Source: Eledone cirrhosa
Lineage: Eukaryota
DNA: 64,000 bases
Direction: 5' to 3'
Assembly: GCA_964016885.1 (NCBI GenBank)
Contig: OZ024740.1
Span: 193,068,001-193,132,000, forward strand
Shown: piece by piece, positions 60,972 to 64,000 of the stretch
How positions within the stretch are numbered: the stretch's first letter is position 1
Layout: the number at the start of each line of letters is the position of its first letter
Translations under genes and position numbers: made by a program
The notes under the pieces: generated by a model
The model's database searches: none
Told to the model about the DNA's origin: nothing
What the model saw: the letters and a program-made list of their open reading frames with translations, nothing else

Positions 60972-62272
60972 TACAGCTATTGGGAGATAGAGACTTGATA
61001 GTTTTATGACCCTAACTGAGGACGATAACAGTCGCCGTGTTTTGACAGCTTGATCTTCATATGACGGACTAAACTCTGCGTGAGTGAACACCGTTACTTT
61101 TCTCCCTCATATCAAGGATTTGAAGACAATTCATTTTCACCTGACGAGTTCACAGATAATCTATCATGGCTACACGATCGATCTATCTCTTATTAAAACA
61201 TGTGTCGTGATTAAAATGATTGGAAATTTATACCATGCCTTCGGATCTTTATTTTGATATATATATATATAATATATATATATATTTATATATATAAATA
61301 TAAGTATGTAAGTTACATATATACAGACGTAAAATAGTATGTATATACATACATACATGTACACATATATATATATGTACGTATGGGTTTACCGAACATT
61401 TATTATAATGCTCGGTTTGTTTGTAAACAAACAGCCCTAATTATTAACCGTACAGTGTTCGGCAACCTTCCTTGCTTCGTCAGTGTTGATCTAGTTCATC
61501 GTTCCTTTGTCAGTGTTGAACAAAATGATGAACTAGTGTCTAGCTTATTAGCTGTCATCCGCACTGTATACCTTCCTGTCAGTCAATTGAACGTTTGAAA
61601 GTATATACTTTCCTTATGCATCGTTCCTTTGTCAGTGTTGAACAAAATGGCAACAATGGTTGCCGAATACTGTACAGCTAATAATTCGATCTGTTTGTTT
61701 ACAAACGAACCGAGCATTATAATACATGTTCGGTAAACTCATACGTACATATATATATATGTGTGCATGCATGTATCTATATACATACTACAGTACGTAT
61801 GTATACATATATGTATGTACGTATACATATTATATTCAAGTATCAGCCGTACTAAGAGTGAGAAATGAAATTTCATTTTTTCCATTTATCGTTTTCGGTA
61901 CGCCGGGCCGACTAACTCACTCAATATGCAAATTAGGCTGCTCAGCCGTTAATATGCACAAGGAAAGTATATACTTTCAAACTTGTACAGCTATTGGGAG
62001 ATAGAGACTTGATAGTTTTATGACCCTAACTGAGGGCGATAACAGTCGCCGTGTTTTGACTGCTTGATCTTCATATGAAGGATTAAACTCTGCGTGAATG
62101 AACACCGTTACTTCTCTCCCTCATCTCAAGGATTTGAAGACAATTCATTTTCACCTGACGAGTTCAGTGATAATCGATCATGACTACACGATCGATCTAT
62201 CTCTTATTGAAAACTGTGTCGTGATTAAAATGATTGGAAATGTATACCATGCCTTCTGATCTTTATTTTGAT
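60972..62272 (+). repeat. ~285-bp direct repeats flanking inverted family-Q remnants; each with degraded HHR
   Basis: 60972-61257 = 61986-62272; tcac-CTGACGA..TC-gtga at 61137-61210 and 62151-62224. Confidence 0.75.
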
Positions 62273-62785
62273 TCAAATACTCCGATTTACATCATCTAGC
62301 TGTTCCCATACATGGAATTGGAGATATACAAAAGCGTGGAGAACTTAATATTGCTAACAACAAATTTAATGGACCATTTGATACAACCAATAATACAGCT
62401 TTCTATATAATAACTATATATATATATATATATAAGAGAGTATTGAAGTTTGCTTGAAGCATTGTGGAATAATGAGATATATTTTATTTTGGTCGTTTTG
62501 TAAGCCTCAACAATGCAGATGGGTAATTCTCCGGGTAACAAGATCTGGTGGTGAAGAGAGAGATGTAAGTGAATGTAGAATGAGATGTATAGTGTGTAGA
62601 AGAACGTAGGAAAGAGCGTAAAAAATAAAAATAATAACACGAGATAGAGCTACCTTTAGAGAGATTTAATTGTCCCTTTATATTTAGGATTCACATCCAT
62701 CAAATGAGTTTTTTCCAGGGGAGGAGGGGGGGTATCTATGGGAAAGGTGCGAAACGTTTCCTCCGCTCTTTGTTGTTTTGATATT

Positions 62786-62848
<63 letters not shown>

Positions 62849-62853
<5 letters not shown>

Positions 62854-63262
62854 CGAAACATAAGTCAATTGCATGAACTCATAATCCTTTATTTACTGCT
62901 ATATATATTTAGATGATAGCCATTGAATGGCTATGACCTCATCAGACAGTTAGTCAGTTCTTAGATATGGCCAGCTCTCTGTGAATAGTGTTGATGGTAT
63001 CAGAGCCTTGGGACATATCTGATACCATCAACACTATACACACAGAGCTGGTATATTTAAGAACTGACTAACTGCCTGATGAGGTCATATCCATTCAATG
63101 GCTATCATCGAAATAAATATAGCAGTAAATAAAGGATTAAGAGTTCATGCAATTGACTTATGTTCCGTCACTATTATAACTCCGGAACTTATATATTCGT
63201 TGAGTGCTCCACATCCGCATACTGAAGCACTGGATTTTACCGACACTTACTTTCTTGCTTAT
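62849..63262. mobile_element. PLE pseudo-LTR palindrome (family M) with two HHR copies
   Basis: 62849-63015 inverted vs 63018-63172; HHRs 62895-62950(-, GAAA mutated) and 63071-63126(+); same family as 28930-29092. Confidence 0.8.
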
Positions 63263-63306
63263 ATATACATATATATATTAACATCTTTGAATATATCAGG
63301 AACTTC

Positions 63307-63398
<92 letters not shown>

Positions 63399-63420
63399 GA
63401 TAAATGTATATATATATATG

Positions 63421-63535
<115 letters not shown>

Positions 63536-63560
63536 GTATATATCTATATATATGTATATG

Positions 63561-63623
<63 letters not shown>

Positions 63624-63681
63624 AAGACGTAAAATCAGCACATTTTAAAAATTAAAAATTAACTTACTTACTAAAATGTTC

Positions 63682-63763
63682 ACTCCAACTAATTAGTTTC
63701 TGTAATGGGATAAATATAGTTACACAATATAACTATCGAGAATTCATTACGTCATCAGGGAGT
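63682..63763 (-). ncRNA. Hammerhead ribozyme, diverged family G homolog
   Basis: actcc-CTGATGA-c gtaatg..cattac a-GAAA-ctaattag-TT-ggagt within diverged unit 63620-64000. Confidence 0.8.
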
Positions 63764-64000
63764 CTATTCCCAGGCAGTGCGCGGACACTAGGAACCCATA
63801 TAAAAATAATAATTCAGTGGATGGAATAAGCTAGCGAGGACTAAATTCCAGAGCACTGAAAAAGTTCACTGCCTCTGGTCAGTGGCAGATTCTAAAGAAT
63901 CAATCACGTGACACTGAGGTTAGTCAGTTAGGAGTGGGGTGGTATTATGACAAGAGCCTACTACTACTACAATGAATTAGCAGTAGATTTGGCAAGTTTG

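Overview
Eukaryotic, AT-rich, gene-free (intergenic or intronic) DNA, probably from an octopus/cephalopod (inferred from SINE sequences and repeat landscape). No host exon could be supported. The window is a mosaic of (TA)n/(CA)n microsatellites interrupted by many Penelope-like retroelement (PLE) insertions: one near-complete decayed RT+GIY-YIG element at 15.0-19.4 kb, several 5'-truncated ones, and many pseudo-LTR-only remnants, usually as inverted pairs. It also has a decayed Helitron (49.0-55.2 kb), two SINEs and an RTE fragment. The main hidden signal, read by eye on both strands, is an exceptional density of type I hammerhead ribozyme (HHR) motifs: about 20 sequence families at more than 30 loci. 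They show recurrent non-canonical features (U3-A8 core swap, U4 substitutions, mismatch at the base of stem II, long stem II insertions, palindromic stem III). There is also a 522-bp HHR-bearing tandem array (retrozyme-like) and a shared TTGAGTRC motif near element termini. Folds were assigned manually; no activity is demonstrated.
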